24,496 nucleotides of DNA from Fibrobacterota bacterium (GCA_043753995.1 JAYUVP010000021.1:1-24496); one strand, 5' to 3'. Positions 16,646-24,403 are shown, numbered from the stretch's first letter. The notes: generated by a model from the sequence alone, not told the origin. A program made the numbers and translations.

Positions 16646-18487
16646 TTATTGCAAATACATCAAGAGCGCGGAAATATCCGCTGGAGTTACGCCGGAAATG
16701 CCCTGGGCCTCGCCCACGGTAAGCGGCTTGATTCTGGCGAGCTTATGCCTCGCCTCATTCGATAAAGCCTTCGCTTCCGCATAATTAAAGCTTTCCGGAA
16801 TGATCAAATGCGCTAAGCGTGTGCTGCGCGCAATTTCCCTTTCTTGCCGGTCGGAGAAGCCGCGATATTTTTCGTGAGCGGAGAAGGCAACGCTTTCGAA
16901 ACGATTCAATGGATTGCTTTCCCCAAGGCAGGCCAAAAGGGGATCGAGTTCAATATGCGGCCGCCGAAGCAAGCCTAAGGCCGCCGTCGATTCCGCCAGG
17001 GGTGCGCCTTCCACCGAGGCCAACAAGGCTTCGACTTCTTGAGGCTTGGTCTTTCTCTGCTCAAGGTGGGAGCGTAAATCGGCCATGCGTTTTTGCCTGT
17101 CTCGCAGGCGCTCCAGCAGGGCATTTTCATTGAGCCCCAGGGCATGGCCCTTTTCCAATAAGCGTTCCTCGGCATTGTCTTGCCGTAAATGCAGGCGATA
17201 TTCTGAGCGCGAGGTGAACATGCGATAAGGCTCTTCGAGCGGAATGCGTATCAAGTCATCGGTCATGACGCCCAAATAAGACTCGGCGCGATCGAGCAAA
17301 AAGGGCTGCGCTTCGCGCACCCATAAGGCGGCATTGATGCCCGCCATCAAGCCCTGCCCCGCCGCTTCTTCATAGCCCGAGGTGCCATTCACCTGGCCCG
17401 CGAAATAAAGCCCCGGCATTTCGCGCATGGCATAGGTGCCATGCAATTGGGTGGCGTCGACGGCATCGTATTCGACAGCATAGCCATAACGCAAGACGCG
17501 GCAATTCTGTAAGCCAGCCACGGTGCGTAAAGCTCGGTCTTGCACATCGGCGGGCAAACTCGAAGAAAAGCCATTCACATAGATGCGCCCATTGGTCAGG
17601 CCTTCGGGCTCAAGAAAAAGATGATGGCTGTTTTTGTCTGCGAAGCGAGTGACCTTGTCTTCGATACTTGGGCAATAGCGCGGACCCACACCATGGATGA
17701 CGCCGGTATACATGGGGCTGCGATCGAAGCCCTCGCGCAAAATTTCATGCGTGTCGGCATGGGTATGGGTCATCCAACATACCGCATGATTTTTCAGGGG
17801 AGTGCGGGTGCGAAAGGAAAACGGAAAGGGAAATTCATCGCCTCTTTGCTCTTCGACTTGGGAATAGTCGATGGAGTCCGCCGCCAGACGCGCGGGCGTC
17901 CCGGTTTTCAGGCGACGGGTGCGAATGCCGAGATCTTTCAGATTGCGCGCGAGTTCAGCCGCGGCGGGTTCTCCCACGCGCCCGCCAGGCGTGGCCTGCA
18001 AACCGGTATACATGACGGCGCCGAGAAAGGTGCCCGAGGTGATCACCACGGCGCGGGCTTGCAGGGATTGGCCGGCCCCAGTGACCAAATCAAATCCGCC
18101 CTCGGAACGGGGCTTCAGGGAATGCAATTCCCCTGCGAGCAGGGAAAGGTCGGGCAATCGCCCCAAGGCGGCCTGCATGAAATCGGCATAGGCCTCCATG
18201 TCCATTTGCGCACGTGGGCCCCAAACAGCCGGGCCTTTGGAAGCGTTGAGCATGCGAAATTGGATGCCCGCTTGATCGGCCACTTCGCCCATGAGGCCGC
18301 CTAAGGCATCGATATCGCGCACCAATTGGCCTTTGGCGACGCCGCCAATGGCCGGATTGCAAGACATGCGTCCTATGGCCTGCAATTCCATGGTGAGCAT
18401 GGCGGTTTTCACTCCCAGCTTGGCGCTCGCATGAGCCGCTTCAATGCCGGCATGTCCCCCACCAATGACCACGACGTCGAATTGCAT
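16646..18487 (-). CDS. mnmG: tRNA uridine-5-carboxymethylaminomethyl(34) synthesis enzyme MnmG (GidA)
   Basis: FDVVVIGGGHAGIEAA, MSCNPAIGGVAKGQL, SKGPAV, RLKTGTP, GPRYCPSIEDK, AGQVNGTSGYEEAAGQG and EPYRMFTSRSEYRL motifs. GGAG lies 6 nt before ATG 18487. Confidence 0.98.
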   Translation of the reverse strand: MQFDVVVIGGGHAGIEAAHASAKLGVKTAMLTMELQAIGRMSCNPAIGGVAKGQLVRDIDALGGLMGEVADQAGIQFRMLNASKGPAVWGPRAQMDMEAYADFMQAALGRLPDLSLLAGELHSLKPRSEGGFDLVTGAGQSLQARAVVITSGTFLGAVMYTGLQATPGGRVGEPAAAELARNLKDLGIRTRRLKTGTPARLAADSIDYSQVEEQRGDEFPFPFSFRTRTPLKNHAVCWMTHTHADTHEILREGFDRSPMYTGVIHGVGPRYCPSIEDKVTRFADKNSHHLFLEPEGLTNGRIYVNGFSSSLPADVQDRALRTVAGLQNCRVLRYGYAVEYDAVDATQLHGTYAMREMPGLYFAGQVNGTSGYEEAAGQGLMAGINAALWVREAQPFLLDRAESYLGVMTDDLIRIPLEEPYRMFTSRSEYRLHLRQDNAEERLLEKGHALGLNENALLERLRDRQKRMADLRSHLEQRKTKPQEVEALLASVEGAPLAESTAALGLLRRPHIELDPLLACLGESNPLNRFESVAFSAHEKYRGFSDRQEREIARSTRLAHLIIPESFNYAEAKALSNEARHKLARIKPLTVGEAQGISGVTPADISALLMYLQ

Positions 18488-18541
18488 TTTCATCTCCAGA
18501 GAGCAGCAAAATATAGGCGGTTGCTTTGCTACCATGACGGC

Positions 18542-19024
18542 ATGGCTAAGCAATATTGGCTCATGAAAACCGAGCCCGAGACATTTTCCATCGACGATTT
18601 GCAGAATCGCCCTGAAAAGACCGAAGGTTGGGACGGGGTGCGTAATTATCAAGCGCGCAATTTCATGCGTGACAGCATGCGCTTAGGCGATGGCGTTTTG
18701 TTTTATCACAGCAGCACCAAGGCTGTCGGCGTCGCAGGTGAAGCTGCGGTAGCTAGCGCTGCCCTGCCCGACCTCACAGCTCTGAATCCCAAATCGCCTT
18801 ATTTCGATGCGAAAGCAACGCCTGATAAAAATCCCTGGGTCATGGTCAAGGTGCGCTTTGTGCGCAAATTCGCCAGCATTGTGCCTTTGGAATTGTTGCG
18901 GCGAACGCCTGGGCTTGAAGACATGCAGCTCTTACGCAAGGGCATGCGCCTTTCCATTCAGCCTGTTTCGCCCGAAGAATTCAAAATCGTCATGGCTCTC
19001 AGCAAGGCCAAGGCCTTGGCTTAG
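18542..19024 (+). CDS. EVE domain protein (PUA-like, Thy28 family)
   Basis: YWLMKTEPETFSIDDL, WDGVRNYQARNFMR, GD.VLFYHS, SPYFD.KA..DKNPW and RLSIQPV motifs. The true start is ATG 18542. Confidence 0.95.
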   Translation: MAKQYWLMKTEPETFSIDDLQNRPEKTEGWDGVRNYQARNFMRDSMRLGDGVLFYHSSTKAVGVAGEAAVASAALPDLTALNPKSPYFDAKATPDKNPWVMVKVRFVRKFASIVPLELLRRTPGLEDMQLLRKGMRLSIQPVSPEEFKIVMALSKAKALA

Positions 19025-19133
19025 GTCCGACCCACCTAAAACTTCGCAAAGTTCGCCTTTAAGTTCAAAATTTCGTGCTTGCCTTCGTCTCTTCAGCAAC
19101 CGATAAAACGGAATGACTGGATAGATTAGTGGC

Positions 19134-19451
19134 ATGGACGCCCGAGCTGAAGACGAAATTCGCACCCGCCCCCTAGTAGATAGGTTGGTGGGTATGAATG
19201 CGGGAAACGACAGCAATACTGCTGGCGCCGACGCCGATGGCCGCATGCTGCAGCTCATTGGCGAATTCCTCCGTGGTGGCAAGGAAAAGCGCAAAGCCCT
19301 GCTGCAAAAGGCTCGCAGTGAAATCGTTGAAGTCGAGGAAGACAACGGCGAAGACCTTTATGAGCCCCAGCGAATCACGCGCAAAATCCATTGGCAATAC
19401 GATAGCCGAATGAAAAAAGTGCCCATGTTGCGGCGCGATTATATCGGCTAA
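19134..19451 (+). CDS. Small hypothetical cytoplasmic protein
   Basis: 105-aa charged ORF filling the gap between genes. TAGATT lies 6 nt before the ATG and T-tracts follow the stop. No family recognised. Confidence 0.6.
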   Translation: MDARAEDEIRTRPLVDRLVGMNAGNDSNTAGADADGRMLQLIGEFLRGGKEKRKALLQKARSEIVEVEEDNGEDLYEPQRITRKIHWQYDSRMKKVPMLRRDYIG

Positions 19452-19486
19452 ACTTTTTTTTCATTTCATTTTTTTAGTCAGAAAAA

Positions 19487-19507
19487 GGACTTGACCTTTT
19501 CAAGTCC
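19487..19507. promoter_or_regulatory. Palindrome, candidate activator (enhancer) site or hairpin
   Basis: GGACTTGA-ccttt-TCAAGTCC: perfect 8-bp arms about 100 bp upstream of the sigma54-like motif. Confidence 0.45.
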
Positions 19508-19546
19508 GGCTCTGCTTTCTCCAATTTCTTCAAAGCGTCACAATTC

Positions 19547-19570
19547 CCGCGAATTTCTCCGCGAATTTCT
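19547..19570 (+). repeat. 12-bp tandem direct repeat
   Basis: CCGCGAATTTCT occurs twice, exactly, in intergenic DNA. Confidence 0.85.
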
Positions 19571-19602
19571 CAAGGATTTGCCAGGTATTTGCACAACTTG
19601 GT

Positions 19603-19619
19603 CTGGACTCAGGGTTGCC
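19603..19619 (+). promoter_or_regulatory. Putative sigma54 (-24/-12) promoter of the minor-pilin operon
   Basis: CTGG-ACTCAGGG-TTGCC: GG (19605-6) and GC (19617-8) are exactly 10 nt apart, about 50 bp before the first ORF. The CAC of the consensus is not matched. Confidence 0.5.
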
Positions 19620-19666
19620 TTTACCCCTAGGATAAAGGAGCACGGAAGCAAAACAAAACAATACCT

Positions 19667-20191
19667 ATGCAACCTAATCACCCCAAATATTCATCCAAGG
19701 CAGGTTACCAAATAGGACTGGTAACCAACGAAAACATGCGGGAAGACGCCCTATCGAAAATGCGAAGCAAATTGGCTACGAGCCCTGCGAATATGGCGGA
19801 CAGTAAGCCTATTTGGACTCCGTCGTTGAAGCTTAAAGTATTGGCCGGTTCGGGCTATTTCACGGCGGCCATTCTCATTCTTGGACTGGGTTTCATGCTG
19901 AATTGGGCTTTGCGCTATGATCGGAACCTCACGGCAACCAAGACAGTCAGCCGTAATGTTCGTCCCTTGCCGAATCCCGCCGAAGCCATGACCGTGGATC
20001 AGCGCGCCTTATACTGGGCCTATGCTCTTTACGACTGGAAGCTTTTAGTGAAAACCTATGGGGTACAGCCCAATGCCATGATCCATCAATCGAAGGCCAA
20101 AGCGGAGCTCAATCGACTCATGCCGAAAACCTCAGCGACCACGCAAATCATCATCCTTGGTTACCGCAATCAACTCCGGAGAGTTTTATGA
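19667..20191 (+). CDS. Hypothetical single-TM protein, first gene of the pilin operon
   Basis: One TM (YFTAAILILGLGFMLNWAL) followed by a helical soluble domain. Its stop overlaps the next ATG (ATGA). The start could be a later Met (e.g. 19736). Confidence 0.7.
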   Translation: MQPNHPKYSSKAGYQIGLVTNENMREDALSKMRSKLATSPANMADSKPIWTPSLKLKVLAGSGYFTAAILILGLGFMLNWALRYDRNLTATKTVSRNVRPLPNPAEAMTVDQRALYWAYALYDWKLLVKTYGVQPNAMIHQSKAKAELNRLMPKTSATTQIIILGYRNQLRRVL

Positions 20192-20589
20192 AATCGCCCC
20201 GGAATGAAGCAGGCTTCACCCTGCTTGAAATTTTGGTCGCCATCATGGTATTCGGACTGCTGACCACTTCGGTCTTTTATTTCCTTGGCCAGCAAAATAG
20301 CATGAGCACCAAGGCTGCGGACAGTGAAAAATCCTTGACCTTGGCCAAGCTGGTTCTCGATTCCTTGAAAGTGACACCCTATGACAGCCTGGTGTCAGGT
20401 GGCGACACCGTGAACGAGCGTTACTTGCGCAGTTGGTATGTATCGGTAAATCGTGACGAAGCCAATATTCCAACGGGTAGTAGGCAGGTAGACGTAACCA
20501 TTTCCTGGCCATTGAACGGGACATCCACCCTTTCCATGGCGACCTTGGTAAGTGATGAACGATTCAAGGACACGACGGGAAGCCTATGA
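20188..20589 (+). CDS. Type IV minor pilin, PilV-like
   Basis: Class III signal NEAG|FTLLEILVAIMV with E5, plus QVDVTISWP; 133 aa. Confidence 0.88.
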   Translation: MKSPRNEAGFTLLEILVAIMVFGLLTTSVFYFLGQQNSMSTKAADSEKSLTLAKLVLDSLKVTPYDSLVSGGDTVNERYLRSWYVSVNRDEANIPTGSRQVDVTISWPLNGTSTLSMATLVSDERFKDTTGSL

Positions 20590-21341
20590 ATACCCAAAAT
20601 AAAACCTCAGCCGGCTTCACCACCATTGAATTAATGATTGGTTTTGCCATTGGCGGTATCGTTCTCGCGGGAGTTTATCGCTTATGGACTACGAATTCCT
20701 ATGAAGGCATGCGCTTGCAGCAGAAAATTGAATTGCGCAACCAAATGGCCTTGTCGACGAAAAAACTGAATCAAAGCATTATCGAAGCGGGGTATGGCTT
20801 AGATAAAGTCGTCGGCTTGGCCAAGTACGATGCTGTCGGCACCGACACCCTCATACTTTACCGTAACCCCAGCCAATTGAGGACCACCTTGGTCTCCAAT
20901 TATCACGGTTCGCAACCCCACCTGACCGTTGCCAACGGATCCATTTTTCAAAATGCGAGATTCGTCGTCATTGCCAAGAATGATACGGGCGAAGTGCGCG
21001 CGATTCACAACCTTCAAGGCTCGGTCATCATCCTGGAAGATCATTTCGATTACAACTATTCAGTGGCGGGCACAAGCGTCCTACCTTGCACCCAGGACAA
21101 ATATTATACCAATCAGGAAACTCAAAACCTGGTAAGGCTTACGGACGGCAGCCCGACTATTGTGGGCCGGAAAATCCATAATTTCCAAGTTTCCTTTCGC
21201 GACCGAAACGGCAATCAAACCGAGCTTATCGACGCGGTTCGCTTTGTCAATTATTCCTTGACTGGAATATACACGGCCCAAGCAGGAGCCTTGAGTTCAG
21301 TTGTTTTTTCCTCTACCAGCATACCACGAAACTTACTCTAA
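20586..21341 (+). CDS. Type IV minor pilin, PilW-like
   Basis: TSAG|FTTIELMIG with E5, IIEAGYG, IHNFQVSF.D.NG and terminal IPRNL. ATGA overlap with the upstream gene. Confidence 0.88.
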   Translation: MNTQNKTSAGFTTIELMIGFAIGGIVLAGVYRLWTTNSYEGMRLQQKIELRNQMALSTKKLNQSIIEAGYGLDKVVGLAKYDAVGTDTLILYRNPSQLRTTLVSNYHGSQPHLTVANGSIFQNARFVVIAKNDTGEVRAIHNLQGSVIILEDHFDYNYSVAGTSVLPCTQDKYYTNQETQNLVRLTDGSPTIVGRKIHNFQVSFRDRNGNQTELIDAVRFVNYSLTGIYTAQAGALSSVVFSSTSIPRNLL

Positions 21342-21391
21342 GACATGATACGCCTAGCGATAATAATGGGAATCAAGTCAGGAGAAAAATC

Positions 21392-22267
21392 ATGAAAAAA
21401 ATGTCGCTGCAAAATATCCTTTCTCGATTGTCCTCAGCCAAAGCGACTCAATTCGGTGGCGGTCTTTTACCGGTGGTGGCTACCGCGGGCGTGGTCATGA
21501 TCATGGCGCAGGGCACGGTTTATTACAAAGCTAAAACAAGCGCCCATTTCCTGACCTCCGAGCGCCAAAAGGTGATGGCCCAGCAGGCGGCCGAAGCGGG
21601 AATTGAAAACGGCATTTCTGATTTGGGCAGTCGACGCGTCATCGTCACCGACGACATGCGCGAACAAGTGACCGCCCAGGCCGTTCCTGTCGGTAATGGG
21701 ACCTTTACCACCTACCTCAGCACGGTGGCACGCGGACCCCAGGGCGATACGGTCGATTTCAACTCCACCGGCCAAGTTTCAGGCAATTCGAAGTCCGTTT
21801 CGGCCAGGCTCAAGTTGAATGATTACGTCGATTCCGTACGCGTCATACTCTCCGTGGCAGTTCCGGATACGGTACTTACCGTGGTGCCTATCACGGTTTA
21901 CGACACGGTCATCACCACGACCATTCAAGATCCATTTGCCATTCCGGCCTTGAATACCACTTCGGCCTATGCGGCATGCATGTCTAAGCCTGGTCATCGG
22001 TGCGAGATTTGCCATTTAACCTCAAGCAATGTCCATTCTGCCTTTGTCATTTCGGTCGCCAAACCGTCCGTGAACACTCATATCGGCCATCATGGCGACT
22101 ATGTCACTACGGATGGAACTTGCGACGTTTACAAACCCAAGAGCATCTTCACTGTCACCTCACGGTTAACGACCGATACCCTTCTGACAATCACCTCCCA
22201 TATCACCTATGACACATCCATGACCCTAGACACCCTGACCCGGGTGAAGGTTTTGGCCTGGCGATGA
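21392..22267 (+). CDS. PilX-like minor pilin copy 1 with inserted CxxCH/His-rich module
   Basis: QFG|GGLLPVVATAGVVMIM (no E5, as in PilX/GspK), PilX N-terminal motif AQQAAEAGI and terminal KVLAWR. CEICH at 22001-22015 and HIGHHGDYVTTDGTC. GGAG Shine-Dalgarno. Confidence 0.82.
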   Translation: MKKMSLQNILSRLSSAKATQFGGGLLPVVATAGVVMIMAQGTVYYKAKTSAHFLTSERQKVMAQQAAEAGIENGISDLGSRRVIVTDDMREQVTAQAVPVGNGTFTTYLSTVARGPQGDTVDFNSTGQVSGNSKSVSARLKLNDYVDSVRVILSVAVPDTVLTVVPITVYDTVITTTIQDPFAIPALNTTSAYAACMSKPGHRCEICHLTSSNVHSAFVISVAKPSVNTHIGHHGDYVTTDGTCDVYKPKSIFTVTSRLTTDTLLTITSHITYDTSMTLDTLTRVKVLAWR

Positions 22268-22282
22268 GCGAAGGAAAACATT

Positions 22283-23158
22283 ATGAAAAACTTTAACCTG
22301 AATAAAATTCGCGCCTGTCTTTCATCAAATAGGGTGACCCAATTCGGAGGCGGCCTTTTGCCTGTGGTTGCTACGGTCGGCGTGGTCATGGTCATGACCC
22401 AGGGAACGATTTACTACAAGGCTAAAACCAGCTCGAAATTCCTGACCACCGAAAAAAACAAAATGCTGGCCCAGCAAGTGGCCGAAGCCGGCATTGAAAA
22501 CGGCATTTCCGATTTAGGAAGTCGTCGCCTCATTATTGCTGACGGCATGCGGGAACAAATCACAGCCCAAAACGTCAGCGTCGGCAATGGCACATTCACT
22601 ACCCGTCTCACTACGGTCGGTCGAGGCCCTCAAAGCGATACGGTCGACTTCAATTCCATCGGCCAGGTGTCAGCGAATGCGAAAGCCGTTTCGGCAAGGC
22701 TTAAGTTGACCAATGTCGTCGACACTTCTCGAGTCATCCTGACGTCGTCGGCACCCCTCATCACCTCCAGGGTGGTTCCGCAAACGGTCTACACCACCAC
22801 CACCACCACCACGGTGCAAAACCCCAATACCATGCCGATTCTGAATACAACCGCGGCCTATACAGCCTGTATGAACGGTGCACCGAATAAATGCAATGTT
22901 TGTCATATTCCCGGCGGCAATGTGGGCAATCGCCATGTCATCAATATTGCCAAGGCTGCCATCAATACCCATGTCAGTCATCATGGCGATTATGTCACTA
23001 CTGACGGGACTTGCGATATTTATCAGCCCCAAACCGTTTCCGTCGTCACTTCAAGTATTGTTTTTCAAACCGTTTACGATACCACTGTAGTCATCACCTA
23101 CGATACCAACACGGTCATCGACACCTTAACCAGGATCAAGGTTTTGTCGTGGCGCTAA
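22283..23158 (+). CDS. PilX-like minor pilin copy 2 with inserted CxxCH/His-rich module
   Basis: Paralog of the same length (291 aa), with AQQVAEAGI and KVLSWR. CNVCH at 22892-22906 and HVSHHGDYVTTDGTC. AAGGA Shine-Dalgarno. Confidence 0.82.
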   Translation: MKNFNLNKIRACLSSNRVTQFGGGLLPVVATVGVVMVMTQGTIYYKAKTSSKFLTTEKNKMLAQQVAEAGIENGISDLGSRRLIIADGMREQITAQNVSVGNGTFTTRLTTVGRGPQSDTVDFNSIGQVSANAKAVSARLKLTNVVDTSRVILTSSAPLITSRVVPQTVYTTTTTTTVQNPNTMPILNTTAAYTACMNGAPNKCNVCHIPGGNVGNRHVINIAKAAINTHVSHHGDYVTTDGTCDIYQPQTVSVVTSSIVFQTVYDTTVVITYDTNTVIDTLTRIKVLSWR

Positions 23159-23188
23159 GGCCAAAAGGAAGGACGCAATAAATCAGTT

Positions 23189-23704
23189 TTAGGGGACGAT
23201 GGGGATATCCGAAGCCCAATAGTCCCGGTTCTCGTCATTATTGGTAAAAATGCGCAATCGATAGGACCCGCTATCGGCGAATTTTATTTTAGGCCAGGTT
23301 GCGCCGGATAATTCAAAGTCAGGCATTTCGACCACCGGAGCCGGCTGCGGCGTATTGTCCAGATTCCAGATATAACCCATCTTGTAGGCTTTATCGGTGG
23401 GGACGACAAAGGTTTTGGTTTCGCCTTCAGCAACCGTGCCGACCGTCATCACGGGATTGCTTTGCTGTCCGTCCTGGGCTAGGGATCCCCAAAGCTTGAA
23501 GGTTAGCTTGCCGGGATTTTTTTCCTTGTTATTGGTGATTTGCAGTTTCGCGGTGTGATTCGCCGGATCCTTGGTGGTTCCGGTGTCGCCTCCGCTGACC
23601 TTGCCTAAATCACAGCCCAAGGGAAGGGTTGCCGACAACAAGAGGCCTAGTCCTACGGTCCCGGACAGGACTAAGCCACCCCAGGTGAGTTTCAAGCTTT
23701 TCAT
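23189..23704 (-). CDS. Hypothetical secreted protein, probable lipoprotein
   Basis: MKSLK, a hydrophobic stretch, LGC, a Gly/Thr linker, then a beta-rich domain. The lipobox is non-canonical. Confidence 0.7.
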   Translation of the reverse strand: MKSLKLTWGGLVLSGTVGLGLLLSATLPLGCDLGKVSGGDTGTTKDPANHTAKLQITNNKEKNPGKLTFKLWGSLAQDGQQSNPVMTVGTVAEGETKTFVVPTDKAYKMGYIWNLDNTPQPAPVVEMPDFELSGATWPKIKFADSGSYRLRIFTNNDENRDYWASDIPIVP

Positions 23705-23761
23705 AGGCCAATCATAGTCCTTTGAATAATTGGGAATCCATGGATAAGGCGATCTAAAGCC

Positions 23762-24403
23762 TTAGGCTGGGTGCAAAACCTTTCCCTGCCGGTATAGGCG
23801 CTGCACGCGAGGTCCCAAAGAGCAAATGATTTCATAAGGATGGGTTTGCTTGACCCTGGCCCAATCCTCGACGGTAATGAATTCACTGCCGCTTTGGCCA
23901 ACCATGACCACTTCGTCCCCCACGGCCGCGCGCGGACAACCATTGAGGTTTACGGTGATATAGTCCATGGAAACGCGTCCGATGATAGGACAACGCTTAC
24001 CGCGTATCAAAACCCAGCCAGAATTACTGGCAGCCAAGGGAAGGCCATCGGCATAACCTGCGGGCACCGTGCCCACCCAGGTGTTTTCAAATAAAGTATG
24101 GGTGCAGCCATACCCCACCGAATGGCCTGCCGGCAATCGTCGTCTGGCCAGCAAGGTGGTCTTTAGGGTCAAGGTGGGCTTCAATGCATAGGCTTGTCGA
24201 CCCTGCAATTCAAAGACGCCATAGAGGTTGATGCCGGTTCGCACCATGTCGAAATAGGCCTCAGGGAAGTTATTGATGGCATCGGAATTGGCCATGTGCA
24301 AGAGCGGGAACTCAATGCCTTTTTCGGCAAGGCCCTGCTTCAAGCGGATAAAGGCAGACCATTGATCGCGAGTTTTGCCATGCTCCGGGTGGTCGGCATT
24401 GGC
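23762..24403 (-). CDS. alr: Alanine racemase, C-terminal part (5' end lost at the fold-back junction)
   Basis: HMANS, DMVRTGINLYG, VGYG, PAGYADG, IIGRVSMD and HPYEIIC...RV.R.Y motifs. Similarity stops at ANAD (24403). Confidence 0.93.
   Translation of the reverse strand, partial: ANADHPEHGKTRDQWSAFIRLKQGLAEKGIEFPLLHMANSDAINNFPEAYFDMVRTGINLYGVFELQGRQAYALKPTLTLKTTLLARRRLPAGHSVGYGCTHTLFENTWVGTVPAGYADGLPLAASNSGWVLIRGKRCPIIGRVSMDYITVNLNGCPRAAVGDEVVMVGQSGSEFITVEDWARVKQTHPYEIICSLGPRVQRLYRQGKVLHPA

Noticed and set aside
17540..18304. 254-aa + strand ORF and other long antisense ORFs within mnmG and the large genes
   Set aside because: They lie antisense to well-supported genes, show no motifs, and are expected in GC-rich DNA.
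18326..18652. Apparent head-to-head overlap of mnmG (to 18652) and EVE (from 18326)
   Set aside because: This is an artefact of longest-ORF calling. Family similarity starts at 18487 and 18542, leaving a 54-bp gap.
5643..19024. thpR, patatin, EVE and C39 genes as an anti-phage defence island
   Set aside because: These domains do occur in defence systems, but here they are full-length housekeeping-type or envelope proteins in separate transcription units, with no cyclase, nuclease or mobile-element context.
19547..19570. 12-bp repeat as a CRISPR remnant or iteron
   Set aside because: There are only two abutting copies, with no spacers and no cas or rep genes.
21392..23158. pilX repeats as a diversity-generating retroelement TR/VR pair or a shufflon
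   Set aside because: Differences are spread across the full genes and include synonymous C/T changes rather than adenine-specific ones. Both copies are full genes with an SD, and no reverse transcriptase or recombinase is in the window.
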